This document shows, in pieces, positions 56,473 through 64,000 of a stretch of DNA of 64,000 nt. The notes beneath the pieces are model-generated. The model made no database searches. It had not been told where the DNA came from and was given only the letters and a program-made list of their open reading frames with translations. A program made the position numbers and the translations under genes. Numbering within the stretch: the stretch's first letter is position 1; each line of letters starts with the position of its first letter. This stretch comes from a virus. Location: the IMG/VR virus record IMGVR_UViG_3300050821_006235, positions 22,078 to 86,077 of that record. One strand, 5' to 3'.

Positions 56473-58782
56473 TCAGATCGTGATCATGCTGATCTTCGGG
56501 ACGTTCGAGGCGACCGTCGCGCCCGACGGGAACACCGACGGCAGTCCCGTCGTGCCTTGGCCGGTCAGCATCCACGCCATCGGTGAGGTGTTGACCGACT
56601 GGTCGGCGACGTTGACGAACGGCATCACGTTGGTGCGGTCCGGGCCGACCATGCTCTCCAGCACCACACCCGACCCGGTCGTGACCGTCTCATACACCAC
56701 CCACCACAAGCCCGGGTCGAGGACCATGTACAGGCCTGTCTGGTGGTGGTCCCCGATCGTCGTCCCCGTGGGGAACGCGCCGCCGGAGGTGGCCTCGGTG
56801 TACAGGCATTGCGGGTACCCGGACCATTTCACGTCGTCGTAGATGCCCCACCGCACCGTCGCCTGCGTCGTCGCAGCTTGGGCGAGACGCAGCCCCATCC
56901 ACGCGTAGATCTCGCGGCCCTCGGTCACCAGGTACGGCATCGCGTACATGGTGCCCACAGCGGGGATCGCCAGGGTGGAGTGCGCGCTGCCTTCGGGGGT
57001 GTACCACTGGAACGTGCCGCGAGGTTTCCGCTGCGCGCCCGCCGCTGGGTAGGAGTTCGACAGGGCGACGGCGGGGAAACCGGTGACCGGCGGTACCAAT
57101 GTCTGGAGCGCGTTGTAGAACGCCTGCGCGCAGTATGCGTTGCCGAGCTCGTGCGGGTGCAACCCGTCGCTGCTGAACAGCGCAGGGTTCTTGTTCAGCG
57201 CCGAGTTCAGGTCGGCGAACTGCACCATCCCGTCGAACTCGGCCAGCACGCTCGCGTTTCCCGCGTTGAACGCGGCCACGTCCGGGTCACCGATCACATT
57301 GCTGTACCCGGCGTACCCGTTCGGGAGGATGCGCGGCACGTTCGCGACGATCACCGGGGGCGGGTTGTCGGCCTCCAAACCCCAGCAGTCGAAGCGGACC
57401 GTGCCGCCCGCGTCGATCGCCGTGACCGTGCACACGATCGTCTGCCCGGCGTTCGCCGAGGTGAGGCCGGTGATGCGCTTCACGACCGGGACGTGCGTGC
57501 CCGCGCCGGACGGGACCGCATTGGAGGTGACGATCGTGCCCGTCACCCCGGCGGTACCCGACAGGGTGACCGTGCCGCCCAGCACGCCGGCGTTTGCCAC
57601 GAACTGGAGGTAGATCGTCTCGCCCGTGAAGTCCGCCGGGATCGTCAGGGTGATCGTCGCGCCCGTGGTGCTGGTCGCGTCATGCAAAGTCGAGCCGGAG
57701 GAGAAGTCGGAGGTGCCGGTGGTGGTGGTGAACCCGGCCCCGTAGGACGGCTGCCCGATGCCGGTCCCGGGAGCGTAGTTGTCCTCCCAGATGATCGACG
57801 CCCGGCAGCGGGTGATGCACGCCCGCAACGCCTGCTGGTAAGCGGCCTGAATCTGCGCCTGCGTGGATCCGGGCAGGCCGCCGATGTCGTTGATGCCGAA
57901 CACCAGCAGGTACGCGCCACCATCCGCCGTGTACGGGTACCCGTGCACGTTCTGACCGGTGGCGGGGGTGCGGGGTATCTCCTGCATGACCCGGGCCCAG
58001 CCGCCGTTCGCACGCCCGTCCACGATCAGCTTCGACCCGGACACGGCGAAGTTCCGCCACGCGTCATGGGAGACACCCATGAACCGGCGGAACAGGCTGT
58101 CTATGCGGCCCGACTCCCACCACACGGCGGGAGCCTGCTTCATGTAGGAGTGGCCGAAGATCTGCCACGAGTCCGGTACCGGCACTCCAGGGCTGATCCC
58201 CAGCGTCCCGCCCATCACCGGGGAGGTGTGTGTGTGCGGCGGCAGGCCCGTCTCGTACCCGGAGCCGTTCCAGATCCACCGCTGCCCGGTGTCCTGCGCT
58301 TTGACCTCCTGGCCGACGTACTGGCCGAGCGGGAGCGCCGTCGACGGTGCGAACAGCAGGCTCGACTCACCGTGCGCGAGCGGCCCGCCCTGCACATGCG
58401 CCCACAGCGCGTTGAAGTCGGCCGCGGACACCCCATGGTCGACGGTCGCGCCAGGAGCCTGCGCCTGCTGCTGGGTGCCGTCCTGGCCGCGCGCCACATT
58501 CAACACGTTGACGCCGCCGGACGACAACGCGAACACGACCTCCTGGGAGCCCGCACCCCAGTTCAGCAGAAGCTTGAACGGGAAGGTTTGCGGCAGCAGA
58601 GCCGCGCTGGCGACGGTGATCTGCGAACCGTTGTCCGCGACGACCGTCGTACGGTGCGTCGTCGAGGAGTAGTAGCCGGGCACCGTAGGCGGCGGGTCCA
58701 CGGTGATGACCTGCGGGACCGCCCGGGTCAGCGGCTGCGTGAACGACGGGACAGCGGCCGGGGTGCTGGCGACACTGACCAC
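56473..58782 (-). CDS. Fibre/spike protein with SGNH/GDSL esterase domain
   Basis: IFGHSY (block I), VSGS, FGINDI (block III), DGLHP (block V). Confidence 0.8.
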   Translation of the reverse strand: MVSVASTPAAVPSFTQPLTRAVPQVITVDPPPTVPGYYSSTTHRTTVVADNGSQITVASAALLPQTFPFKLLLNWGAGSQEVVFALSSGGVNVLNVARGQDGTQQQAQAPGATVDHGVSAADFNALWAHVQGGPLAHGESSLLFAPSTALPLGQYVGQEVKAQDTGQRWIWNGSGYETGLPPHTHTSPVMGGTLGISPGVPVPDSWQIFGHSYMKQAPAVWWESGRIDSLFRRFMGVSHDAWRNFAVSGSKLIVDGRANGGWARVMQEIPRTPATGQNVHGYPYTADGGAYLLVFGINDIGGLPGSTQAQIQAAYQQALRACITRCRASIIWEDNYAPGTGIGQPSYGAGFTTTTGTSDFSSGSTLHDATSTTGATITLTIPADFTGETIYLQFVANAGVLGGTVTLSGTAGVTGTIVTSNAVPSGAGTHVPVVKRITGLTSANAGQTIVCTVTAIDAGGTVRFDCWGLEADNPPPVIVANVPRILPNGYAGYSNVIGDPDVAAFNAGNASVLAEFDGMVQFADLNSALNKNPALFSSDGLHPHELGNAYCAQAFYNALQTLVPPVTGFPAVALSNSYPAAGAQRKPRGTFQWYTPEGSAHSTLAIPAVGTMYAMPYLVTEGREIYAWMGLRLAQAATTQATVRWGIYDDVKWSGYPQCLYTEATSGGAFPTGTTIGDHHQTGLYMVLDPGLWWVVYETVTTGSGVVLESMVGPDRTNVMPFVNVADQSVNTSPMAWMLTGQGTTGLPSVFPSGATVASNVPKISMITI

Positions 58783-58786
58783 TGCG

Positions 58787-59257
58787 TTAGCCGCCCATGC
58801 CCTCGAACACGATCGTCCCGCTGCACGCGGTGTTCGCCGCGGTGATCGTGGTCCCGGAGGTGACCGTCACACCCAGCCGGGTCGACACGTCCATCTCCGG
58901 CTCCCGCGCATACGGCCACACGCAGTACACCAAACCGCCGTTGATCGGGATCTTCCACCGGCGCAGCACCGCGCCGGCAACGGGTTCGACCGTGAAGTTC
59001 GTCTGCCCGGTCGTCCCCGCGGCGAGGGTGGTGACGTTGTCGATGCTGACCGTGCCGGCGGACGCCGTGCCCGCCGTCGTCTGCCGCTGCAAGATGACCT
59101 CAACGGGTGAGTCCGTGGTCGTCGTGTCAGTCGTCGACACCGACAGTTCGATGATCCGCACCTGCGCTGTGGACGGGGTCACCAACTGCACCATCGTCTT
59201 CGAGGTGGACGCCGCGGCCAGCAGCAGACCAGACCACGACACGCTGTACCTGGCCAT
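58787..59257 (-). CDS. Putative virion structural protein
   Basis: Thr/Ser/Val-rich beta protein, first gene of block; GGAG RBS. Confidence 0.65.
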   Translation of the reverse strand: MARYSVSWSGLLLAAASTSKTMVQLVTPSTAQVRIIELSVSTTDTTTTDSPVEVILQRQTTAGTASAGTVSIDNVTTLAAGTTGQTNFTVEPVAGAVLRRWKIPINGGLVYCVWPYAREPEMDVSTRLGVTVTSGTTITAANTACSGTIVFEGMGG

Positions 59258-59500
59258 AGGGGACTCCCCGATTCAGTTGTGGAGGGGACGCGGCCGGAGG
59301 GTGCGGCGTGCGTCGTCGGGTTCGGGGCGCGGCGCGGTCACAGGACGGGCGGAGGGGTGCCGCGTCTGCGCAGGTGGCATGTGAGCGACCTGCGGTTTCA
59401 CGGGAGGGGTCCGCGGTACGGTCGGCCGCGCCCCTCGCGTGCGGGGCCGAACCGTACCGGGCGTTCTCCCGCACCGTGGACGAGGCGGGAGAGTCTTGGG

Positions 59501-59746
59501 TCAGGCCGCGCGGCGGGCGCGTTCGCGGGTCTTGAACTCCGCCTTCGCGACGTCCAGCCGCCAGTAGCGGGGCCAGCCGCGCTCGTCACGGATCTCCGTG
59601 CCGCCCTTGGTGGCCACGTTGAGGTGCCCGCGAGCGACCCACTGGCGGATGACGGTCGGCTTCACGTCGGCGAGCTTCGCAGCCTGCGCAGTGGTGAGGA
59701 GGTCGTTGCGGAACTCGTCGAGGGTCTCGTAGTAGTCAAGGTCCAC
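59501..59746 (-). CDS. MerR/Xis-like HTH protein
   Basis: LLTTAQAAKLADVKPTVIRQWVARGHL. Confidence 0.8.
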   Translation of the reverse strand: MDLDYYETLDEFRNDLLTTAQAAKLADVKPTVIRQWVARGHLNVATKGGTEIRDERGWPRYWRLDVAKAEFKTRERARRAA

Positions 59747-59768
59747 GAAACACCCCCAGACATGCGGA

Positions 59769-59849
59769 ATGCCCCCGACCGGCTATCCGGGTCGGGGGCA
59801 CAAATGTACTTCTGGCACGGACTGTACCGCGTCACACAGGCTGTCACAA
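59769..59849 (-). promoter_or_regulatory. Putative late promoter followed by hairpin
   Basis: TTGTGA-17 nt-TACAGT (59849-59821), then TGCCCCCGACC..GGTCGGGGGCA stem. Confidence 0.55.
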
Positions 59850-59857
59850 CCAGCAGG

Positions 59858-60157
59858 TCAAGCGGGCTTGCGCGTGTTGCCTTGCGTCGGTCGGCCGAAG
59901 TCTTCCGGCGTCACCGGCGAAGGGTCGGAGCAGCTTCCGTCTCCGTCGCGTCGCCCGTATGTCCAGCAGTGCCCAAACGGTAGGTCGTCGTACGGCAGCC
60001 CGCAGCCGGGGCAGGTCCAGTCCGGGTCTCGTTCGTGGCCGCCCGCCTTGCCTGCCGCGTAGAGCAGAGCTTCCATCTCGGGGTCGGGTGTCGGGGCGTC
60101 GCGGATCTGGCGTTGCGGGGGCAGGCCGAACGCTGGCGAGCCGGGGTGGAAGGTCAT
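59858..60157 (-). CDS. Hypothetical protein
   Basis: TAATG overlap; CPGC motif. Confidence 0.55.
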   Translation of the reverse strand: MTFHPGSPAFGLPPQRQIRDAPTPDPEMEALLYAAGKAGGHERDPDWTCPGCGLPYDDLPFGHCWTYGRRDGDGSCSDPSPVTPEDFGRPTQGNTRKPA

Positions 60158-60600
60158 TAGTCGGGCCATTCTGCGAGGTAGAAGTCCCCGTACGGCGGGA
60201 ACAGCTCCGCGACTGCTGGTGTGCACCCGCTCGGACGGTCGTTGTGCGGCTGCTTGGTGAGCCTGTAGATCACCGTCTGGTTCTCACCTTCCTGGTTCTC
60301 GCCTTCGAGCCGCAGCAGGTCCCCCTCGATGCGGCCGAACCGCGGCTGATCGTCACGACGCCTCCCGCAAAGCCTCGACGGGAGTAGCGTGATGTCCTTA
60401 ACGGCGTCGGCGCTGAGGAGTATGTACGGGTCGGCGTTGAGGATGCTGACACGCCCCTCACGGTCCCAGAAATAGGAGAACCGGCCATCGTGCGCTCGCG
60501 CTTCGTGGCCATCCAGACAGCACGCGGTGCAGTCCCAGGTGACCTCGCCCGTGCGGCGGTAGAGGTCATCCTTGGCTGTCGGCTGCCAGGTCCCGATCAT
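60157..60600 (-). CDS. Hypothetical protein
   Basis: ATGA coupling. Confidence 0.6.
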   Translation of the reverse strand: MIGTWQPTAKDDLYRRTGEVTWDCTACCLDGHEARAHDGRFSYFWDREGRVSILNADPYILLSADAVKDITLLPSRLCGRRRDDQPRFGRIEGDLLRLEGENQEGENQTVIYRLTKQPHNDRPSGCTPAVAELFPPYGDFYLAEWPD

Positions 60601-60815
60601 GGCTCGATCCGCCAGTCGAGCTCGATGCCCTCTTGAATCATGGTCGCCGCCCACATCACATCGTCTCGGTGGATCTCTACTGGTGGGTTGAGCTTCACGT
60701 ACTGGCCGTTCAACCGGTTGAGGACCTGTGCGATGTGAGGGAACTCCGGCAGGACGAGGGGGAAGTCCCGGCCGTACAGGCCCCATCCGCCAATGCCGAC
60801 CTCGCCGTCGCTCAT
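60597..60815 (-). CDS. Hypothetical protein
   Basis: ATGA coupling. Confidence 0.6.
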   Translation of the reverse strand: MSDGEVGIGGWGLYGRDFPLVLPEFPHIAQVLNRLNGQYVKLNPPVEIHRDDVMWAATMIQEGIELDWRIEP

Positions 60816-61279
60816 GGGGTCCATCCTCCCGCCACCTCGGTGTACCCGGCGAGATCCCGGAACCGGTACCCCCAGGCGAGCACGTGGACCATCTCGCGGG
60901 CGAGCCGACTTGCGATCGGGACGGTGATGAAGTGGCCGGTCTCGTCCCGGTCACCCCAGTCGGCGTTGATCACCCGTTCACAGCGGGCGAGGATGGCCAG
61001 GTCCGCCTCACAGCGGGCGATCACGTCGCGGGGGTCGTGGCGGGCGATGTGCTCGTGCTGGTTGCGGCCGTCCTCCGCAAAGGCGATCACGGCCACCTCG
61101 GGCACGTCGGCGTCGGTCTCCCCGATGAGGCGCGCGTGCTCTTCGATCGTCGGCCAGCGTCCTCCTCGCGTCGGCCCGACACGCCACTCTGCGGCCTGAT
61201 ATCCGCCACAGGTGACCAGCTGTGCGCCGGTCTTGTCGCGCTCGATCGTCGCGCGCAGCCAGTCCACCAGTTCGATCAC
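60812..61279 (-). CDS. DUF6221-like phage protein
   Basis: LVDWLRATIERD..HIARHDPRDVIARCEA. Confidence 0.75.
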   Translation of the reverse strand: MIELVDWLRATIERDKTGAQLVTCGGYQAAEWRVGPTRGGRWPTIEEHARLIGETDADVPEVAVIAFAEDGRNQHEHIARHDPRDVIARCEADLAILARCERVINADWGDRDETGHFITVPIASRLAREMVHVLAWGYRFRDLAGYTEVAGGWTP

Positions 61280-61647
61280 GGCTCCCAGTCCTCCGCAAGG
61301 TCGGCGTACCCGTCAGGGTCGCGGTGCCGGTAGATCCTCGCCAGCCGCTTCAGCGGCGTGCAAGGGCGATCCGGGGTGTGGTAGTCGCCCCAGTCGCACC
61401 GGTGGGTACGGTCGTGGCGCGCAAGTTCAGCGAGCTGGTATTCGCAGTCTGCGATGATCTGGCGCGGCTGGTTCTCCACGATGTGCTCGCCGTCCGCTCT
61501 CTCGTACACCCAGTCGACGATCTGATCGACCGGGTGCCCGTTGGTGATGCTGCCGCCGTCAAGGTCCCACTCGCCTTGTGTCGCCTTCTCGGCTCTCGCC
61601 TTCCTGGCCTCAATCAGCGGGCGCAACCACTCCGCCAAGGTGATCAT
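61276..61647 (-). CDS. DUF6221-like phage protein
   Basis: LAEWLR..ATQGEW..EHIVENQPRQIIADCE..LARIYRHR. Confidence 0.65.
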   Translation of the reverse strand: MITLAEWLRPLIEARKARAEKATQGEWDLDGGSITNGHPVDQIVDWVYERADGEHIVENQPRQIIADCEYQLAELARHDRTHRCDWGDYHTPDRPCTPLKRLARIYRHRDPDGYADLAEDWEP

Positions 61648-61856
61648 TCGGTGCACGCCCTTCGTACCGCGTCGGCCAGCTCTTGCGCCGCTTCCGGTGT
61701 GATCATCAGCCGGGCGGTCGTTGGCGTCTTCGCCACGGACATCGGCCCCGGATCGTCGTCGTAGATCGTCAGGACCGCCACACCAGACGTGAGCACCTCG
61801 ACCGTGACGCGGTTGCCGACGTTGTCGAAGAACTCCCACACCTCCAGGTCACTCAC
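61644..61856 (-). CDS. Hypothetical protein
   Basis: Coupled ORF. Confidence 0.6.
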   Translation of the reverse strand: MSDLEVWEFFDNVGNRVTVEVLTSGVAVLTIYDDDPGPMSVAKTPTTARLMITPEAAQELADAVRRACTE

Positions 61857-62227
61857 GGCTTCCTCCGCTCCCCGTCCTCAGGCCAGTAGGCGGCGATCAG
61901 TTCCGGGCCGGGCAGCCGCGCGTCCCCCAGGCGCAAGAGGTCCCTCGCGTTGCCGGGCTCCAAGATCTGCCCCTGCTCGGAGAGCCGCCCGCGTTGACGC
62001 CGTACGTAGCGCCTACCGCTCTCCGTGATCCGCTCTTCCCAGCCCGCACCTCCGGGAAGGAAGTCTCCACGGGCTCGGGCAGCGGCCAGCTCGTCGGCCA
62101 TGCCGTGCCCGTACCGGCAGTCGATGTCCTGGCAGGCGTGATCGTCACCGTGCGGCCAGTAGAAAAGCGGTGTCCCGTGGATAGGGCACACGCATTCCTC
62201 GTCGCATCGGTGCTGCCGCTCAGGCAC
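61853..62227 (-). CDS. Cys-rich hypothetical protein
   Basis: CVCPIHGTPL..HACQDIDC. Confidence 0.6.
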   Translation of the reverse strand: MPERQHRCDEECVCPIHGTPLFYWPHGDDHACQDIDCRYGHGMADELAAARARGDFLPGGAGWEERITESGRRYVRRQRGRLSEQGQILEPGNARDLLRLGDARLPGPELIAAYWPEDGERRKP

Positions 62228-62681
62228 CGTCGCCGTCCTTTCCTTCGCGCTCCCAGTTCACGAGCGGTTCGAAGCGCAGGATTGCCTTCGCTAGATCGCT
62301 CGCCTCACGCCACGACAGGGCACGGCGAGGCAGCCGCAGGATCTGGACAGCGAACTTCCCGGCAGGGGCGGGCGTCTCGGGTGGATCCTCGGCATCATCC
62401 CTTGGGGCACGCTCCTCGACGCCGACCGAGATGAAGCCGCCGCCGTCCAATCCGACCGCCGTGGATGCCGCGTACGCCAGACCACCGCGCGGGTCGGACC
62501 AGTGCCCGTACTGAGGATGCTCAAGGCACCACGCGAGGATCAGGCTGTCGATGGAGTGGCGCGGGTTGAGATCCCGCTGCCTGTGCAGCCAATGCACCAG
62601 GTAGTCGAAGGTCGTCAAGGCCTCAACGGGACCGTCGGGTCCGGGCTGCACATTCCACTGCCGTTCGGGCTGCTCAGGCAT
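62220..62681 (-). CDS. Hypothetical protein
   Basis: Packed ORF. Confidence 0.55.
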   Translation of the reverse strand: MPEQPERQWNVQPGPDGPVEALTTFDYLVHWLHRQRDLNPRHSIDSLILAWCLEHPQYGHWSDPRGGLAYAASTAVGLDGGGFISVGVEERAPRDDAEDPPETPAPAGKFAVQILRLPRRALSWREASDLAKAILRFEPLVNWEREGKDGDGA

Positions 62682-62937
62682 CGTCGCCACCGGCCAGCGC
62701 CTCATCCCAGGAATACGAGCAGCGGGTGCACTCGCGGTGCAGGCGCTCGTTGGGCTGGTAGCCAACGAACACCAGATCCGATCCGTGCAGGCACCGACCG
62801 TGCGCGAGGTACTTGGTTGTCGCCCCCAGATTCCCGCACTTGATGCAGCGGGGCTCATCGCCGGAGAACGGCGGCAGCTCCACCCGCTTGCGTTCTTCGC
62901 GGCCCAGAGCAGTCGGCAACGGCGGGGCTTCCGGCAT
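62674..62937 (-). CDS. Small Zn-ribbon protein
   Basis: CIKCG..ERLHRECTRCSYSWDE. Confidence 0.65.
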   Translation of the reverse strand: MPEAPPLPTALGREERKRVELPPFSGDEPRCIKCGNLGATTKYLAHGRCLHGSDLVFVGYQPNERLHRECTRCSYSWDEALAGGDDA

Positions 62938-62969
62938 GGCCTCCAGGTTCAGGCCGTTGCGGCGGCGTC

Positions 62970-63119
62970 TCAACGCACCCTCGCCCACAGGTCGAAGAGG
63001 ACCGCCGCGGCGATCACGGCCAAGGAGAGGGCAATCCTCCACACCAACCGCCACCTCAACGCCCGTAGAGCGTCGGTCCTACGCTCCTCCGCACTGCGCT
63101 TGCTGTCGTCATCCGTCAT
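62970..63119 (-). CDS. Small TM protein
   Basis: ATGA coupling; one hydrophobic helix. Confidence 0.5.
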   Translation of the reverse strand: MTDDDSKRSAEERRTDALRALRWRLVWRIALSLAVIAAAVLFDLWARVR

Positions 63120-63952
63120 GACGCCGCCTTCCGGGTCTTGGCCTGCTGCCGCCTCGCGACCTCAGCCATCAGCAACCCATACCGCTCGTTCGTGTACGTC
63201 TCCCCGCACTCCCCGCACTCCGCCTCATCCGCCAACCCCGCTCCCCCATCCCAGCGGCGGACCGCCTTGACCCCGCACGACCAGCACGGCACCGGGAGAT
63301 CCTGGTGCTTGGGTGTGAGCCCCAGCAGGTGCCGGATCTTGCGGTGCACTGTGAGGATCTCCAGGCCGAACTCCGCCCCGGACAAGTCCAGCATCACCTC
63401 GGCGTAGTCCGCTGCCGGCCGCACCCACCCAATCGTCCCGGGCGGAAGATCGGCGGCCTGCGAGATCGGGATGTACCGCATCATCGGCTCGGGTTCGAGG
63501 GCCAGCGCCGCATCCAGGTGCGCGGACAGGGTCGCGACCATGCGCGACAACGGCACCCCGGCGTCCATCCGCCGCGACGAGACGCGACGCCCCGGCTCCG
63601 ACAGGTTCGCTACAGCCCGCACCCGGTCATCCCAACTGGCCACCAGGTGGATGATCTCGACCATGAGGGCGTCGACACCGAGGTTCGGCGGGACGCTGTG
63701 GTCCCGGCTCCCGCTGACCTTGTCGTGCCCTCCAGAGCCCTTCTCCGCCAGCCTCAGGTACAACTCCACATACGCCTCAGGCAGCCACCCCAGGCACGTG
63801 GCGATGTGCGCCCGGTCGGCGGCGCAGAACGTGCGCGGGCCGAGCAACGGGTTCTTGCCGGCGTCCCGGCTCGCGCACCGTTCGCCGCGGGCGCACGGCC
63901 GTTGCCCGTCCCCGTCCGCATCGGCCGGCGCGCTGTGGATCCAATAGGCCAT
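63116..63952 (-). CDS. Phage Zn-finger protein, candidate late-gene regulator
   Basis: N-terminal Cys cluster, KVSGSRD..PP, C-terminal CWSC..CGEC; upstream of late operon. Confidence 0.65.
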   Translation of the reverse strand: MAYWIHSAPADADGDGQRPCARGERCASRDAGKNPLLGPRTFCAADRAHIATCLGWLPEAYVELYLRLAEKGSGGHDKVSGSRDHSVPPNLGVDALMVEIIHLVASWDDRVRAVANLSEPGRRVSSRRMDAGVPLSRMVATLSAHLDAALALEPEPMMRYIPISQAADLPPGTIGWVRPAADYAEVMLDLSGAEFGLEILTVHRKIRHLLGLTPKHQDLPVPCWSCGVKAVRRWDGGAGLADEAECGECGETYTNERYGLLMAEVARRQQAKTRKAAS

Positions 63953-64000
63953 CAGTATCTCCCCCGTTCTCGGACGTCAGCCCGCGCTGTGGTTGGTTCG

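Larger units (their letters stand above)
1..64000. mobile_element. Actinobacterial temperate phage / plasmid-phage (ends not visible in window)
   Basis: Head-tail-lysis module on minus strand, phage-type overlapping small genes on both arms, no host core genes seen. Confidence 0.9.

Overview
High-GC actinobacterial mobile element with no recognisable host housekeeping genes. It reads as a temperate siphovirus-like phage or plasmid-phage made of two converging arms. The plus-strand arm (1-23.3 kb) carries an HNH nuclease, WhiB, a Streptomyces-type conjugation module (membrane Spd/Tra-like genes, FtsK-like TraB and GACCCGGA repeats), a dif-like site with a tyrosine recombinase, an Xre-DUF5753/DUF397/anti-sigma/SAM-methyltransferase/GntR regulatory island and a small-gene array with repeated junctions. 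The minus-strand arm (64-24 kb) carries early small genes, a putative late promoter, a block of fibre/decoration-like genes upstream of the terminase, an atypical 114-nt tRNA-like gene, terminase, a portal-NUDIX-MuF fusion, XkdF-like protease, scaffold, capsid, tail tube, frameshifted tail chaperone, tape measure, one large tail protein, holin-like genes and a GH25 endolysin. All product calls come from motifs read by eye; no database searches were run.
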